From the NCBI GenBank assembly GCA_040755995.1, contig JBFMAF010000007.1, positions 1-27,072 on the forward strand: DNA of 27,072 nt. The letters run 5' to 3'. Origin of the DNA: Acidobacteriota bacterium. Lineage in GTDB: Bacteria > Acidobacteriota > CAIWXX01. The translations under genes and the position numbers were made by a program. Shown piece by piece: positions 26,949 to 27,072 of the stretch. The notes below the pieces were generated by a model. The model saw nothing but the letters and a program-made list of their open reading frames with translations. It was not told the origin of the DNA and did not search any database. The first letter of the stretch is position 1; every line of letters starts with the position of its first letter.

Positions 26949-27032
26949 GCGAGGCGGGGCCTCAGACCGATGAACCATGCCAGGCCGCTTTGGCCCCGCC
27001 TCGCGTCGAGAGTCGACAGTCGAGAGTTGGGA
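26949..27032. repeat. 13-bp perfect inverted repeat followed by four 7-bp tandem units
   Basis: GCGAGGCGGGGCC (26949-26961) and GGCCCCGCCTCGC (26992-27004); then GTCGAGA GTCGACA GTCGAGA GTTGGGA (27005-27032). Confidence 0.7.
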
Positions 27033-27072
27033 GTGACTACCGTGGGAATTCAGAGCGAATGACGCGACGTGG

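Overview
GC-rich bacterial chromosomal segment. Two Acidobacterial-type VWA proteins and the gene order suggest Acidobacteriota or a relative (inference). The first ~1.8 kb is accessory: the 3' end of a probable IS200/RAYT-like transposase, an isolated but structurally intact group II intron domain V-VI module, and an exported-protein ORF with no canonical start that opens in frame at the predicted 3' splice site. Housekeeping blocks follow: rimP-nusA-infB-DUF503, and MerR-tRNA-Pro(GGG)-surE-tRNA-Pro(CGG)-acyP-apt-lpxD. Interspersed are two VWA proteins, a 20-aa membrane microprotein behind a near-consensus sigma70 promoter, a PEP-synthase-like protein, a patatin, an alpha/beta hydrolase, a RelE/HigB-XRE toxin-antitoxin pair, an NmrA protein and an S9 peptidase. 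The window ends with an ECF sigma / membrane anti-sigma-like / exported caspase-beta-barrel operon and an RluB/RsuA-family pseudouridine synthase. Phased 8-mer and 7-mer tandem repeats recur at gene boundaries. No CRISPR array or rRNA was seen. The best candidates for new biology are the caspase-ECF envelope signalling module and the intron DV-DVI plus start-less ORF. All calls come from motif recognition by eye; no searches were run.
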